DNA of 64,000 nucleotides, taken from an uncultured Pseudomonadales bacterium (GTDB lineage Bacteria; Pseudomonadota; Gammaproteobacteria; Pseudomonadales; Azotimanducaceae). The translations under genes and the position numbers were made by a program. The DNA lies in the NCBI GenBank assembly GCA_964651595.1, contig CAZYYJ010000015.1, positions 12,304 to 76,303 of the forward strand. Direction: 5' to 3'. Positions 1 through 8,577 of this stretch are shown here, piece by piece. The notes beneath the pieces were generated by a model, which saw only the letters and a program-made list of their open reading frames with translations, was not told the origin of the DNA and ran no database searches. Position 1 is the first letter of the stretch; each line of letters starts with the position of its first letter.

Positions 1-1
1 C

Positions 2-706
2 TTTGCTCAGGAAGGTGCGTGGGTTGCCGTGCTGGACAGAGACCTCGCCAGCGCTGCGGATACCGTCGCCATGATCGAAGCCGAAGGCAATCGTGCCCTG
101 GCCCGCGAGCTGGACGTGACTGACGAGGCGGCGACGCAGCGGGTGCTGGGGGAGGTGCTGGAGGTCATGGGCCACGTGGACATCCTGCACAACAATGTGG
201 GCATTGGTCGGGGTGACGCCACACCTGGCCGCATCGAGGAGGCGGTGTGGGACAGAATTTTTTCCACCAACGCCAAGTCTGTGCTGTTCACGTGCAAAGC
301 CTTGTTGCCCGCCATGCGTGAACGGGGTCAGGGAGTCATCATCAACATCTCGTCGGTGGCGGCGGTGGCTAGCGCGGCCAACATCACGGCTTACAAAGCA
401 TCCAAGGCGGCGGTGAACGCCTATACGCAGGCGTTGGCCATCAACAACGCAAAGTACGGCGTGCGCGCCAATGTGATCATGCCGGGCCTCATGAATACGC
501 CCATGGCCATTGAAGGCTATGTGGCTGCGGGACAGAACCGGGACGAGGTGGTGGCGCGTCGCGACGCGGCCGTGCCCCTCAGAGCCACCATGGGCAGCGG
601 ATGGGACGTGGCCAATGCGGCGTTGTTTCTGGCTTCGGACGAAGCCGGATTCATCACCGGTGTCATGCTGCCGGTGGATGGCGGTCAGTCTGCCAAGATC
701 GGCTGA
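2..706 (+). CDS. SDR-family oxidoreductase (5'-truncated by window edge)
   Basis: Reading frame is open from window start. Classical SDR catalytic region (NISS...YKASKAA = S-Y-K triad, PG motif). N-terminal Gly-rich NAD(P) motif lies upstream of the window. Confidence 0.8.
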   Translation, partial: FAQEGAWVAVLDRDLASAADTVAMIEAEGNRALARELDVTDEAATQRVLGEVLEVMGHVDILHNNVGIGRGDATPGRIEEAVWDRIFSTNAKSVLFTCKALLPAMRERGQGVIINISSVAAVASAANITAYKASKAAVNAYTQALAINNAKYGVRANVIMPGLMNTPMAIEGYVAAGQNRDEVVARRDAAVPLRATMGSGWDVANAALFLASDEAGFITGVMLPVDGGQSAKIG

Positions 707-942
707 CCGCAGTCACGCTTAGCAGGTTTGGTTATAAGAAAATGCTGTTGATATGCACTTCAATTGTCCCCAACACAGATAGTCGGCGCCGTTGGTTGTA
801 GGAAAACATTACACATCTGCACAGACCCGACGCCTTTTTACATCACCGTGTCACTTTGTGTAACAAAAGTGTTGACTCCCCGACGAAGGTTAAGGGACAG
901 TATAAGAACTGGGCAGAGTTGGAATAAGACGGGCCTGTACGA

Positions 943-1380
943 ATGCGAATGTTGAACGTCATCATCGGCTGCGTGCTTCTGGCACTTGCGCTGCTTCATG
1001 CGTTCATTCCCCGTTCCTCTCCCGAAGTGCTCACGTTCATGGTCATGTACGCCGCAGGCGCTGTGTTTGCCTTCGCGTCGCTGCGCCGCAACATAAGCCT
1101 GCCGCTCGCCCGCGTGCTGGCCGTGGGCACTACCGCGATCATGTTTTTCTACTTTGCGGGCTTCTTCAAGATGGCCACGCACTTCACGGAAGCCTGGTAC
1201 CGCTCCGGCGCTGCGCTGGAAGGGGTGGGCATGCTGCTTTCCGCCTTTGCCATGATCCCCGTGCTGTCCTGCTACAGCTGCATTCTCAAAGCAGACTGCC
1301 GCGAAACCCTGCAGCGGCAGGACACCTCTCGACGCGCCTTTTTCAGCGTGCCCGAGAGCGTTCAGGAAAAAGCTCACTGA
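943..1380 (+). CDS. hypothetical integral membrane protein
   Basis: 145-aa ORF with 3-4 predicted hydrophobic helices. No recognisable family. Confidence 0.45.
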   Translation: MRMLNVIIGCVLLALALLHAFIPRSSPEVLTFMVMYAAGAVFAFASLRRNISLPLARVLAVGTTAIMFFYFAGFFKMATHFTEAWYRSGAALEGVGMLLSAFAMIPVLSCYSCILKADCRETLQRQDTSRRAFFSVPESVQEKAH

Positions 1381-1433
1381 AACAGGGCTGTCGCCCGCTG
1401 CTACCGCTCGTTTTTCTCTGCGCATGCGTCAGC

Positions 1434-2255
1434 GTGGGCGCCGCGGTTGCGTCGACGTCTGACAGCCGCGCGATTGCCCCTTATGTGGACACCGTGGAAG
1501 ACGACGTGGAGCTGATCCTCGACCTTGCCGGCGTTGTCGAAACCGACTATCTGATCGACCTGGGATCTGGCGACGGTCGCTTTGTCATCGCAGCTGCGCG
1601 CCGCGGCGCCGCCGGCTACGGTATCGACATCGACGCCGCGCTGGTGGCCGGGGCGAGAGCCAGGGCTGCCGCCGCGGGCCTGGGCCATCGCGCGGTGTTT
1701 CTTGAAGGAGACCTTTTCGGCGCGGACATCAGCCGGGCGACCGTGGTCACCATCTATCTCTTTCCTGACGCGAACCTGAAGCTGCGCCCCAAACTGCTGC
1801 GCGAGCTGCGCCCGGGGACCCGCCTCGTTTCCAACAGCTTCACCATGGGTGCCTGGGCGCCGGACGATCGCGCCCAGGGCCGTACCAGCGGTGGTGCGCT
1901 GCTATGGCACATCCCTGCGCACGTCGCAGGCACCTGGCACGTGAATGTGGGGGAGGCGCCGGTGGAGGTGGTGTTCACACAGTGCTTTCAGGAACTGACC
2001 GCCGCGGCTGCGGGGTTTACGGTCGACAACCTGCGGCTCGACGGCCGCCGCCTCTCGATGGAGCTCCGCAGCGATAACGGTACGAATTGGGCTTTACGCG
2101 TGGACATCGATGGTGAGCGCCTCGCCGGCGCTGCCAACGCGTCCGGTAACGGTCGCGAAGCAGTTGTCCCGGTGACCGGTCGGCGGCTGCATCACCCCGC
2201 GTTGGCGGGGGCCGAAGCGCCTGTTACGACAGGCTGCCCGCAATGGTCTCAATGA
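1434..2255 (+). CDS. class I SAM-dependent methyltransferase-like protein
   Basis: GTG start. Motif I-like LIDLGSGDGRF followed by acidic motif II (GIDID). Exact start uncertain. Confidence 0.55.
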   Translation: MGAAVASTSDSRAIAPYVDTVEDDVELILDLAGVVETDYLIDLGSGDGRFVIAAARRGAAGYGIDIDAALVAGARARAAAAGLGHRAVFLEGDLFGADISRATVVTIYLFPDANLKLRPKLLRELRPGTRLVSNSFTMGAWAPDDRAQGRTSGGALLWHIPAHVAGTWHVNVGEAPVEVVFTQCFQELTAAAAGFTVDNLRLDGRRLSMELRSDNGTNWALRVDIDGERLAGAANASGNGREAVVPVTGRRLHHPALAGAEAPVTTGCPQWSQ

Positions 2256-2877
2256 ACGGGGCGCGGCTGTCGCGTTTGTTGGCCGCGTAGGCTTCCGGCG
2301 GCAGTTTCGCAAGCTCGGTGGCCACGGCCAGAGCGTGCGTGTCGACACTGTCGGACGCTTCGTCCAGGAAACCGGCGTCCACGGCGGTGGCGGGATCGAA
2401 CAGGCGGGCCTGAATCACCGCCGCGGTCTGATGCCGGCGCGAGAGGCGCGCCGCAGCAAGCTGCAGCGCAAAGACCGGTAGGCCCATGCCGATCGCTGTC
2501 TCGTTGAGACCAATGCGGAATTCACCGTTTGCGCCGAGGCGGCTGTCGCAGGCGAGCAGCAGCAATGCCCCGGCGGCCACCGCATGCCCGGTGCAGGCTG
2601 CCACCACCGGTTGCGGGTGGGAAAAGAGCCGCAACAGCAGCCGGCCGCCGGCATTGACGAGCGTCTGCGTGGCCTCGGGGCCTTTCTCGAATTCTTTCAG
2701 GTCGAAGCCGGCGGAGAACATGCCGGGGCGGCCTTTGAGCAGCACCGCGCGCGCTTCGCTCTGCGCGCGGTCGAGGCCTGCGTTCACGGTGTCGATGAAG
2801 CTGTGGCCAACGGCGTTGGCTTTGCCGTCGTCCACTTCGATGATGGCCACGGCGTCGTTCAGGGTGTATGCACTCAT
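2224..2877 (-). CDS. enoyl-CoA hydratase/isomerase (crotonase) family protein
   Basis: Crotonase fold signature: oxyanion-hole segments FSAGFDLKEF and GHAVAAGALLLLACD. Start placed at MSAYTLND, the second Met of the 2224..2904 ORF. Confidence 0.75.
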   Translation of the reverse strand: MSAYTLNDAVAIIEVDDGKANAVGHSFIDTVNAGLDRAQSEARAVLLKGRPGMFSAGFDLKEFEKGPEATQTLVNAGGRLLLRLFSHPQPVVAACTGHAVAAGALLLLACDSRLGANGEFRIGLNETAIGMGLPVFALQLAAARLSRRHQTAAVIQARLFDPATAVDAGFLDEASDSVDTHALAVATELAKLPPEAYAANKRDSRAPFIETIAGSLS

Positions 2878-2953
2878 TGTCGGTCTCGCTGAATTCGCGC
2901 CCATTGTACGGTACTATCGCGCCGTTCCCATTTCCTCGAGAGGCCCCCTTCGC

Positions 2954-3820
2954 ATGTCGGCAGCGACCCGCGAGCTACGCAGCGCACGTCCCCAGGTGAG
3001 GAGCGTGATCATCGGAATGCTCATTTTTCATCTCGCCTGTTTCGGCGTCATCTTCACCGGCGTCAGCGCCACGGCCATCTGGGTGGCGGTGGGCATGTAC
3101 GTGTTTCGCGGCCTTGGTATCACCATCGGCTTTCATCGGCTGCTGGCGCACCGCTCCTTCAAAACGAATCGCTTCGTGCAGTTTGTGCTGGCGCTGCTCG
3201 GCAGCCTCGCCGTGCAGGGTGGGCCCCTGTGGTGGGTAGCGCATCATCGTGCGCATCATGCCACCACCGATACCGAAGCCGACGTGCACTCGCCTGTTAC
3301 TCATGGCATGTGGCAGGCGCACATGGGCTGGATGATGATGGACGAGGCGTTCAACGAGAAAGGCACCAACTCCCGGGACCTGCACAAGTATCCCGAGATC
3401 AAGTGGCTGCAGCGCCAGTACGTCTGGCTGATTGTTGCGCAGATCGCCCTGCTTTTTGCCGTCGGTGCCTGGCTGGGCGCGGCGTTTCCCGCCCTCGGCA
3501 CGTCTGGTGCGCAGCTCGTCGTGTGGGGCTTTTTCATCAGCACCGTGTTCACCTGGCACGTGACGTTCATGGTCAACTCCGTATGCCACCGCTGGGGCAG
3601 CCAGGCCTATGACACCGGAGATGCCAGCACCAACAACGTCTTCATCGGTGTGCTGGGCTTTGGGGAAGGCTGGCACAACAACCATCACTTCTATCCCAAC
3701 TCGGCGCGGCACGGTTTGCGCTGGTGGCAGGTGGATGTGTCCTGGTATCTGATCAAGGTCATGAGCTGGCTGAGACTGGCCAGCGATCTGAAGCTGCCCC
3801 GCGAGCTGCGCGAGGCCTGA
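2954..3820 (+). CDS. acyl-CoA (delta-9-type) fatty-acid desaturase
   Basis: Three His boxes (HRLLAH, HRAHH, HNNHH) and 4 TM segments. The longer ORF from 2486 overlaps the antisense crotonase, so the start is placed at the in-frame ATG at 2954. Confidence 0.85.
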   Translation: MSAATRELRSARPQVRSVIIGMLIFHLACFGVIFTGVSATAIWVAVGMYVFRGLGITIGFHRLLAHRSFKTNRFVQFVLALLGSLAVQGGPLWWVAHHRAHHATTDTEADVHSPVTHGMWQAHMGWMMMDEAFNEKGTNSRDLHKYPEIKWLQRQYVWLIVAQIALLFAVGAWLGAAFPALGTSGAQLVVWGFFISTVFTWHVTFMVNSVCHRWGSQAYDTGDASTNNVFIGVLGFGEGWHNNHHFYPNSARHGLRWWQVDVSWYLIKVMSWLRLASDLKLPRELREA

Positions 3821-3822
3821 GC

Positions 3823-4656
3823 GTGGATCATATCAGCGGCAAGTCGGTGGTGATTACCGGCGCCGCCAGCGGGTTTGGACGTTTGCTGGCAAGCAAGGCT
3901 GCCGCCAGAGGGGCGCGGGTAACCGGCGGTGACATCGCGGTGAACGAGCTGAACGCGCTGGTGAACGATGTCGCGGAAGCGGGCGGTGAGGCCCAGGGGA
4001 TCGAGACCGATGTGACCGATCTTGCGGCCATGCAGCGTCTCGTCGCCGCAGCGGTTGATCGCTACGGTGCCGTGGATGTCATGGTGAACAACGCGGGTAT
4101 CATGCCGCTGGCGTTTTTCTCCGACCACGCCTCTGCCGGTGACGCCTGGTCGCGGTGTATCGACATCAACATCAAAGGGGTGCTCAACGGCATCGTGGCC
4201 GTGTACGACACCATGCTGGCTCAGGGACGGGGTCATGTTGTGAATCTGTCTTCCATCTACGGCAACTTTCCCGTTGCCGGCGCGGGCGTGTACGGGGCGT
4301 CGAAGGCGGCGGTAGATTTTTTGTCCGCCTCGCTGCGCGTGGAAGCTCAGGGGCGTATCAAAGTCACCAACGTGAAACCCACCGGCGTGCCAGGCACAAA
4401 CCTCGCAAACGGCGTCGTCAATCCCGAGGCGATCGTTGGCATTCTGGGGCAATACGCGCCCGCATACATGCAGCAATTGCAGGGCCTTGCTACCGGCGAG
4501 GCACCTGTTGAGCTCGTTGACTCGGAACACATCGAGTACGCCGCCCTCGCGCCCGAGCACCTCGCGGAGCAGATTCTGTATGCCATCGATCAGCCGTGGG
4601 GGGTGAACATTGCCGAGTTGACCGTGCGCGCATCGGGGGATGCGTACATCCTCTGA
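3823..4656 (+). CDS. SDR-family oxidoreductase
   Basis: TGAASGFGR Rossmann motif, NNAG, and S...YxxxK (YGASKAA). GTG start immediately after the desaturase stop. Confidence 0.85.
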   Translation: MDHISGKSVVITGAASGFGRLLASKAAARGARVTGGDIAVNELNALVNDVAEAGGEAQGIETDVTDLAAMQRLVAAAVDRYGAVDVMVNNAGIMPLAFFSDHASAGDAWSRCIDINIKGVLNGIVAVYDTMLAQGRGHVVNLSSIYGNFPVAGAGVYGASKAAVDFLSASLRVEAQGRIKVTNVKPTGVPGTNLANGVVNPEAIVGILGQYAPAYMQQLQGLATGEAPVELVDSEHIEYAALAPEHLAEQILYAIDQPWGVNIAELTVRASGDAYIL

Positions 4657-4680
4657 CGCGGGTGGCACTGGGAGCTGACT

Positions 4681-5685
4681 ATGGCTGAGGCGACTCAGGA
4701 CATGCAGGCGGTCATTGGCAACGAGCTGGGGCCGCCGGAAAACTATCGGCTCACCACGCTGCCGGTGCCGCAGCCCGGTCCCCGGGACGTGCAGCTACGG
4801 GTGCGCGTATCCGGCATGGGCTTCGTGGATGCGCTTGTCTCGCGTGGTCTGTACCAGGTGAAACCCGACGTGCCGTATTGCCCCAGCCTCGAGTTTGCCG
4901 GCACGGTCACTGCCGTGGGCGAGCAGGTTACCGGCTTCGCCGTTGGCGATACCGTGGCAGCCTCGGCCTTCGGTGGCGGGCTGGCGGAGTATGCCGTGGT
5001 ACCGGCCGCGGCCGCTGTGCGCCTGCCGGATACCTTCGACATACGCGCCGCGGCAGGTTTCATCGTCAACTACACCACCGCGTGGCATGGCCTGCTGGAT
5101 CGCGGGCAGCTTGTAGCCGGAGAAACGCTGCTGGTGCTGGGCGCGGCCGGCGGCACCGGCATTGCCGCGATACAGGTGGCCCGCATGGCGGGCGCCCGTG
5201 TGATTGCCGGTGCTTCCAGCGACGCCAAGCGTGCGTACGCCCTCGAGCACGGTGCGCATGAGGTGCTGGACTATACCCAGCCCGAGTGGCGCAAAACGTT
5301 GAAGGCACAGACCGGCGGCCGCGGCGTGGACGTTGTCTTCGATCCGGTGGGCGGCGAGCTGCTGGAACCCGCCTTTCGCAGTCTCGGGTGGCGGGGACGT
5401 TACCTCGTGATCGGCTTCGCGGGCGGCCCGATCCCATCGCTGCCGGTGAATCTCGCGCTGCTGAAAGGTGCTGCGTTGATTGGTGTCGACTACCGTCAGT
5501 TCGGGTCTGTGTTCGAAGCCGACGCGGCCGCCGGGCTTCGCGAGCGGCTGTTCGACGCCGTTGCCAGAGGTGATCTGACCCCGCCGCTCGGCACGGATTT
5601 CGCGTTTGCGGACTATGCGGATGCCATGCGCCTTGCTGCGGCGCGGGACGGTCTGGGCAAGACCATCGTCACCGTGGCGGAGTGA
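4681..5685 (+). CDS. NADPH:quinone oxidoreductase / MDR-family zinc-type dehydrogenase
   Basis: GroES-like N-terminal region and GAAGGTG NAD(P)-binding motif. Typical Qor architecture. Confidence 0.85.
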   Translation: MAEATQDMQAVIGNELGPPENYRLTTLPVPQPGPRDVQLRVRVSGMGFVDALVSRGLYQVKPDVPYCPSLEFAGTVTAVGEQVTGFAVGDTVAASAFGGGLAEYAVVPAAAAVRLPDTFDIRAAAGFIVNYTTAWHGLLDRGQLVAGETLLVLGAAGGTGIAAIQVARMAGARVIAGASSDAKRAYALEHGAHEVLDYTQPEWRKTLKAQTGGRGVDVVFDPVGGELLEPAFRSLGWRGRYLVIGFAGGPIPSLPVNLALLKGAALIGVDYRQFGSVFEADAAAGLRERLFDAVARGDLTPPLGTDFAFADYADAMRLAAARDGLGKTIVTVAE

Positions 5686-5688
5686 AGG

Positions 5689-6105
5689 GTGACGCTCACG
5701 CCCTTTCATCTTGCGATTCCGGTGCACGACGTTGCCGAGGCAGCAGCGTTTTATGTGGACGTGCTGGGCTGCGGCGTGGGCCGACGAGGTAGCACGTGGG
5801 TGGACCTCGACCTCTATGGTCATCAGCTCGTCTGCCACGAAGCACCGCGCGGCGCCGAAAGCAGCAATCCCGTGGACGGAGACGACGTACCTGTACCCCA
5901 CTTCGGTGTGGTGCTGACCATGGATCGGTGGCACCAGCTGGCGGCACGCCTTGCCGGACGGGTGGCCTTTGTCATCGAGCCGCACGTGCGGTTCGAAGGC
6001 GAGCCCGGTGAGCAGGCCACGCTGTTCTTTCGCGACCCCAGCGGCAATGCGCTGGAGTTCAAAGCCTTCCGCGACATCGACCGGCAGCTCTTCCAAACCG
6101 CCTGA
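5689..6105 (+). CDS. VOC (glyoxalase/bleomycin-resistance/dioxygenase) family protein
   Basis: [17 protein letters not shown] at the N-terminus and ~138 aa size are typical of VOC proteins. GTG start, 4 bp after the upstream gene. Confidence 0.7.
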   Translation: MTLTPFHLAIPVHDVAEAAAFYVDVLGCGVGRRGSTWVDLDLYGHQLVCHEAPRGAESSNPVDGDDVPVPHFGVVLTMDRWHQLAARLAGRVAFVIEPHVRFEGEPGEQATLFFRDPSGNALEFKAFRDIDRQLFQTA

Positions 6106-6261
6106 TACACGCGGTTCGCGCGCATCCAGCGTGCATGGTTCACGTTGTAAGCGGTCTGTGAAAGTTGTCACAACAACGTGAAACGTGAAGCAGCCCGCTG
6201 AGTCAGCCGGACGTTTGGGATGCAATAGCCCTCGTTGACAGTACTTGGGAAGGGCTTACAA

Positions 6262-7017
6262 ATGTTCCGCATCCTGCTTGCCATGACAGTTCTCCTCCTC
6301 GCGGTGCCCGCGGTGGCGGACAGGGACGATCGAGACGACCGTCGTTCCGCGAAAGCGGAGCGCAAAGCCGAGCGCCAGGCGGAACGCGCCGAGCGTCGCG
6401 CTGACCGCCAGCGCGCGAAAGCCGAGCGCCTCGCGCAGCGTCTGGAACGTCGCCAGGCCAGAGATCGCCGCGCCGAAGGGCGGGCGAAGACCAACATCTG
6501 CGATCCGGTGAAGGGCGCCACGCCCAGCCTGTACGGTTTGTGTGTGTCTTATTGTGAGGCCCGCGACATTGACGATGTCGTGCACAACCGCGGCAAACGG
6601 CAGATCAGCGCCGAGAAAATTGCGCAGCGCAAAGCACGTGTGCTCGAACGTTACAACAAGCGTAAAACCGCCAGCGATCCGGACATGCCGTGCGTGAGCC
6701 AGAGCGTTTGCCCCTGCTGGGAAACGAGCTACACGAGTTCGAGTTTCTGGCTGGGCAAAAGCAGCGCGCCCACGTGCCTCAGCACGGATCAGCCCACCAT
6801 TCGCTCTGCCGAGCTTCTCTCGGGGCCTGATGCATCGGCCCCTGACTATGCCAGCATGCAGACCTTCAGCGCGTCCACGGATGGCGTTTCCTTTCAGAAC
6901 TACTGCGCGTTGACCGACATGTCCCAGGGCATTTCCACCTTCCAGGAGATCAGCGATACGGACGCCATGGTCTGTGCCATGCAGGTGCAGTCCACCTGCA
7001 GCGTGGTGGCCAACTAG
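6262..7017 (+). CDS. secreted hypothetical protein with Arg/Glu/Ala-rich repeat region and Cys-rich C-terminal domain
   Basis: Signal peptide MFRILLAMTVLLLAVPAVA. GGGAAGGG Shine-Dalgarno 8 nt upstream of the ATG at 6262. The ORF caller's TTG start at 6235 is judged an extension. Confidence 0.6.
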   Translation: MFRILLAMTVLLLAVPAVADRDDRDDRRSAKAERKAERQAERAERRADRQRAKAERLAQRLERRQARDRRAEGRAKTNICDPVKGATPSLYGLCVSYCEARDIDDVVHNRGKRQISAEKIAQRKARVLERYNKRKTASDPDMPCVSQSVCPCWETSYTSSSFWLGKSSAPTCLSTDQPTIRSAELLSGPDASAPDYASMQTFSASTDGVSFQNYCALTDMSQGISTFQEISDTDAMVCAMQVQSTCSVVAN

Positions 7018-7048
7018 CAGACCGAAACTTCCGTCCGCAATGTTCGAA

Positions 7049-7077
7049 CGGCCGGTGCCATGCACCGGCCGTTTTTG
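7049..7077 (+). terminator. Rho-independent terminator
   Basis: GC-rich hairpin CGGCCGGTGCcatGCACCGGCCG followed by TTTTT, 30 bp after the stop at 7017. Confidence 0.6.
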
Positions 7078-7163
7078 CGTTTAGCCTCCCCGCGTGGCGC
7101 TGCGTGACCGTGAACGCTAAACTCGCCGGCTTTCGCCCGTAAAACAACAAATAGAGGCAAGCC

Positions 7164-8456
7164 GTGTCGTCCGTAGCCGCCCCCCTGATTTCCGACAACG
7201 TCAAGCGCTATACCCTCGGGGTGCTGGTCGTGGTGTACACCTTCAACTTCATCGACCGGCAGATCCTGTCAATTCTCATTGAACCCATCAAAGCGGATCT
7301 GGGCGTATCGGATTTCGGCATGGGCCTGCTGTCCGGCACGGCGTTCGCCATCTTCTATGCCACGCTGGGCATGCCGCTTGCACTCATTGCCGACCGCTGG
7401 AACCGGCGCAACCTCATCGGCATCTCCCTGGCGCTGTGGAGCGGCATGACCGCGTTGTCGGGGCTGGCGCAGAACTTCTGGCACCTGGCAATAGCACGCA
7501 TCGGTGTGGGAGTGGGGGAAGCGGGTTGCAGTCCCGCAGCCCATTCCATGATTGCCGATCTGTACGAAGCCAAAGAGCGGGCCACGGCCCTGGGTGTCTA
7601 TTCGCTGGGTATTCCCATCGGCATCATGTTCGGCCTCTTTGCGGGAGGTGCCATTGCAGACGCCTTCGGCTGGCGCCTGGCATTTTTTGTGGTGGGCGTG
7701 CCCGGCATTCTCCTCTCCGTGGTGGTGTTTCTCACGGTGAAGGAACCCCCCCGGGGGCACGCCGACGGACATACGGCCGCGTCGGATGAGCCGCCGCCAT
7801 CGATCAAAGAGGTGTTCCGGTACCTGTGGACCCGTCGCTCTTTCCTGCACCTGGCCACCGGTGGCGGCCTCACCGCTTTCGTGGGTTACGGGCTCATTAC
7901 CTGGGCGCCGACGTTTTTTGTGCGCAGCCACGAGATGAGTCTCACGGAGGCGGGCTTCTGGCTGGGCCTGGTGCTGGGTATTCCCGGCGGTTTGGGCATT
8001 GTCGCGGGTGGGTGGGTGTCAGACCGCTTCGGCGCCCGCGACACGCGCTGGTATCTGTGGGTGGTGGCCGTGGCACTGGCGGTTGCTGTACCGCTGGGCG
8101 CGGCGGCCTTTCTGGTGGAGGCGTGGTGGGCCTCGCTGCTGCTGCTGTCGCTGCCGATCATGCTGGGTAACTTCTACCAAGGCACCACGTTCGCGCAGGT
8201 GCAGGGTCTTGCACCGGTGCGCATGCGCGCCGTGGCGGCGGCCATTCTGCTGTTCATTCTCAACTTTATCGGCTTCGTCTTCGGGCCCCCGGCCGTCGGG
8301 ATTCTGTCCGATCAGCTTGTCGGCAGCTTCGGCGATGATTCGCTGCGCTACAGCCTCTTCACCTGGGGATTTGTGAACATCTGGGCAGCGTTTCATTACT
8401 GGCGTGCCGGTGGACACCTGCCGGGCGACCTGGCGCGGGCCGGGGAGAGTTCCTGA
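7164..8456 (+). CDS. MFS transporter
   Basis: 12 predicted TM helices and the MFS signature loop (ADRWNRRN). Paralog of the 16884..18158 gene. Confidence 0.85.
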   Translation: MSSVAAPLISDNVKRYTLGVLVVVYTFNFIDRQILSILIEPIKADLGVSDFGMGLLSGTAFAIFYATLGMPLALIADRWNRRNLIGISLALWSGMTALSGLAQNFWHLAIARIGVGVGEAGCSPAAHSMIADLYEAKERATALGVYSLGIPIGIMFGLFAGGAIADAFGWRLAFFVVGVPGILLSVVVFLTVKEPPRGHADGHTAASDEPPPSIKEVFRYLWTRRSFLHLATGGGLTAFVGYGLITWAPTFFVRSHEMSLTEAGFWLGLVLGIPGGLGIVAGGWVSDRFGARDTRWYLWVVAVALAVAVPLGAAAFLVEAWWASLLLLSLPIMLGNFYQGTTFAQVQGLAPVRMRAVAAAILLFILNFIGFVFGPPAVGILSDQLVGSFGDDSLRYSLFTWGFVNIWAAFHYWRAGGHLPGDLARAGESS

Positions 8457-8472
8457 AGGAGACCGGGCCCGG

Positions 8473-8503
8473 TGCCGGTCTGCGTGCGGGGCCGGCACTT
8501 TTC
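8473..8503 (+). terminator. Rho-independent terminator
   Basis: GTGCCGG...CCGGCAC hairpin followed by TTTT, just after the MFS stop. Confidence 0.5.
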
Positions 8504-8577
8504 CAAGGCGCGGACTTTGGTGGTATAAACAACCGCTCGTAAACGGCTGACGAACGGGGCAGGGAGCCGTCACGCCG

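Noticed and set aside
2486-2953. 5' extension of the desaturase ORF to 2486
   Set aside because: Would overlap the convergent crotonase gene by more than 400 bp and encode a Pro/Ser/Ala-rich tail. The ATG at 2954 gives a normal desaturase N-terminus.
4795-6225. 476-aa minus-strand ORF
   Set aside because: Antisense to the quinone oxidoreductase and VOC genes, which have clear family motifs. The translation is compositionally biased junk.
6235-6263. TTGACA-N17-ACAAAT as a promoter / TTG start of the secreted protein
   Set aside because: The -10 match is poor and overlaps the better ATG start (6262), which has a GGGAAGGG Shine-Dalgarno. Treated as coincidence.
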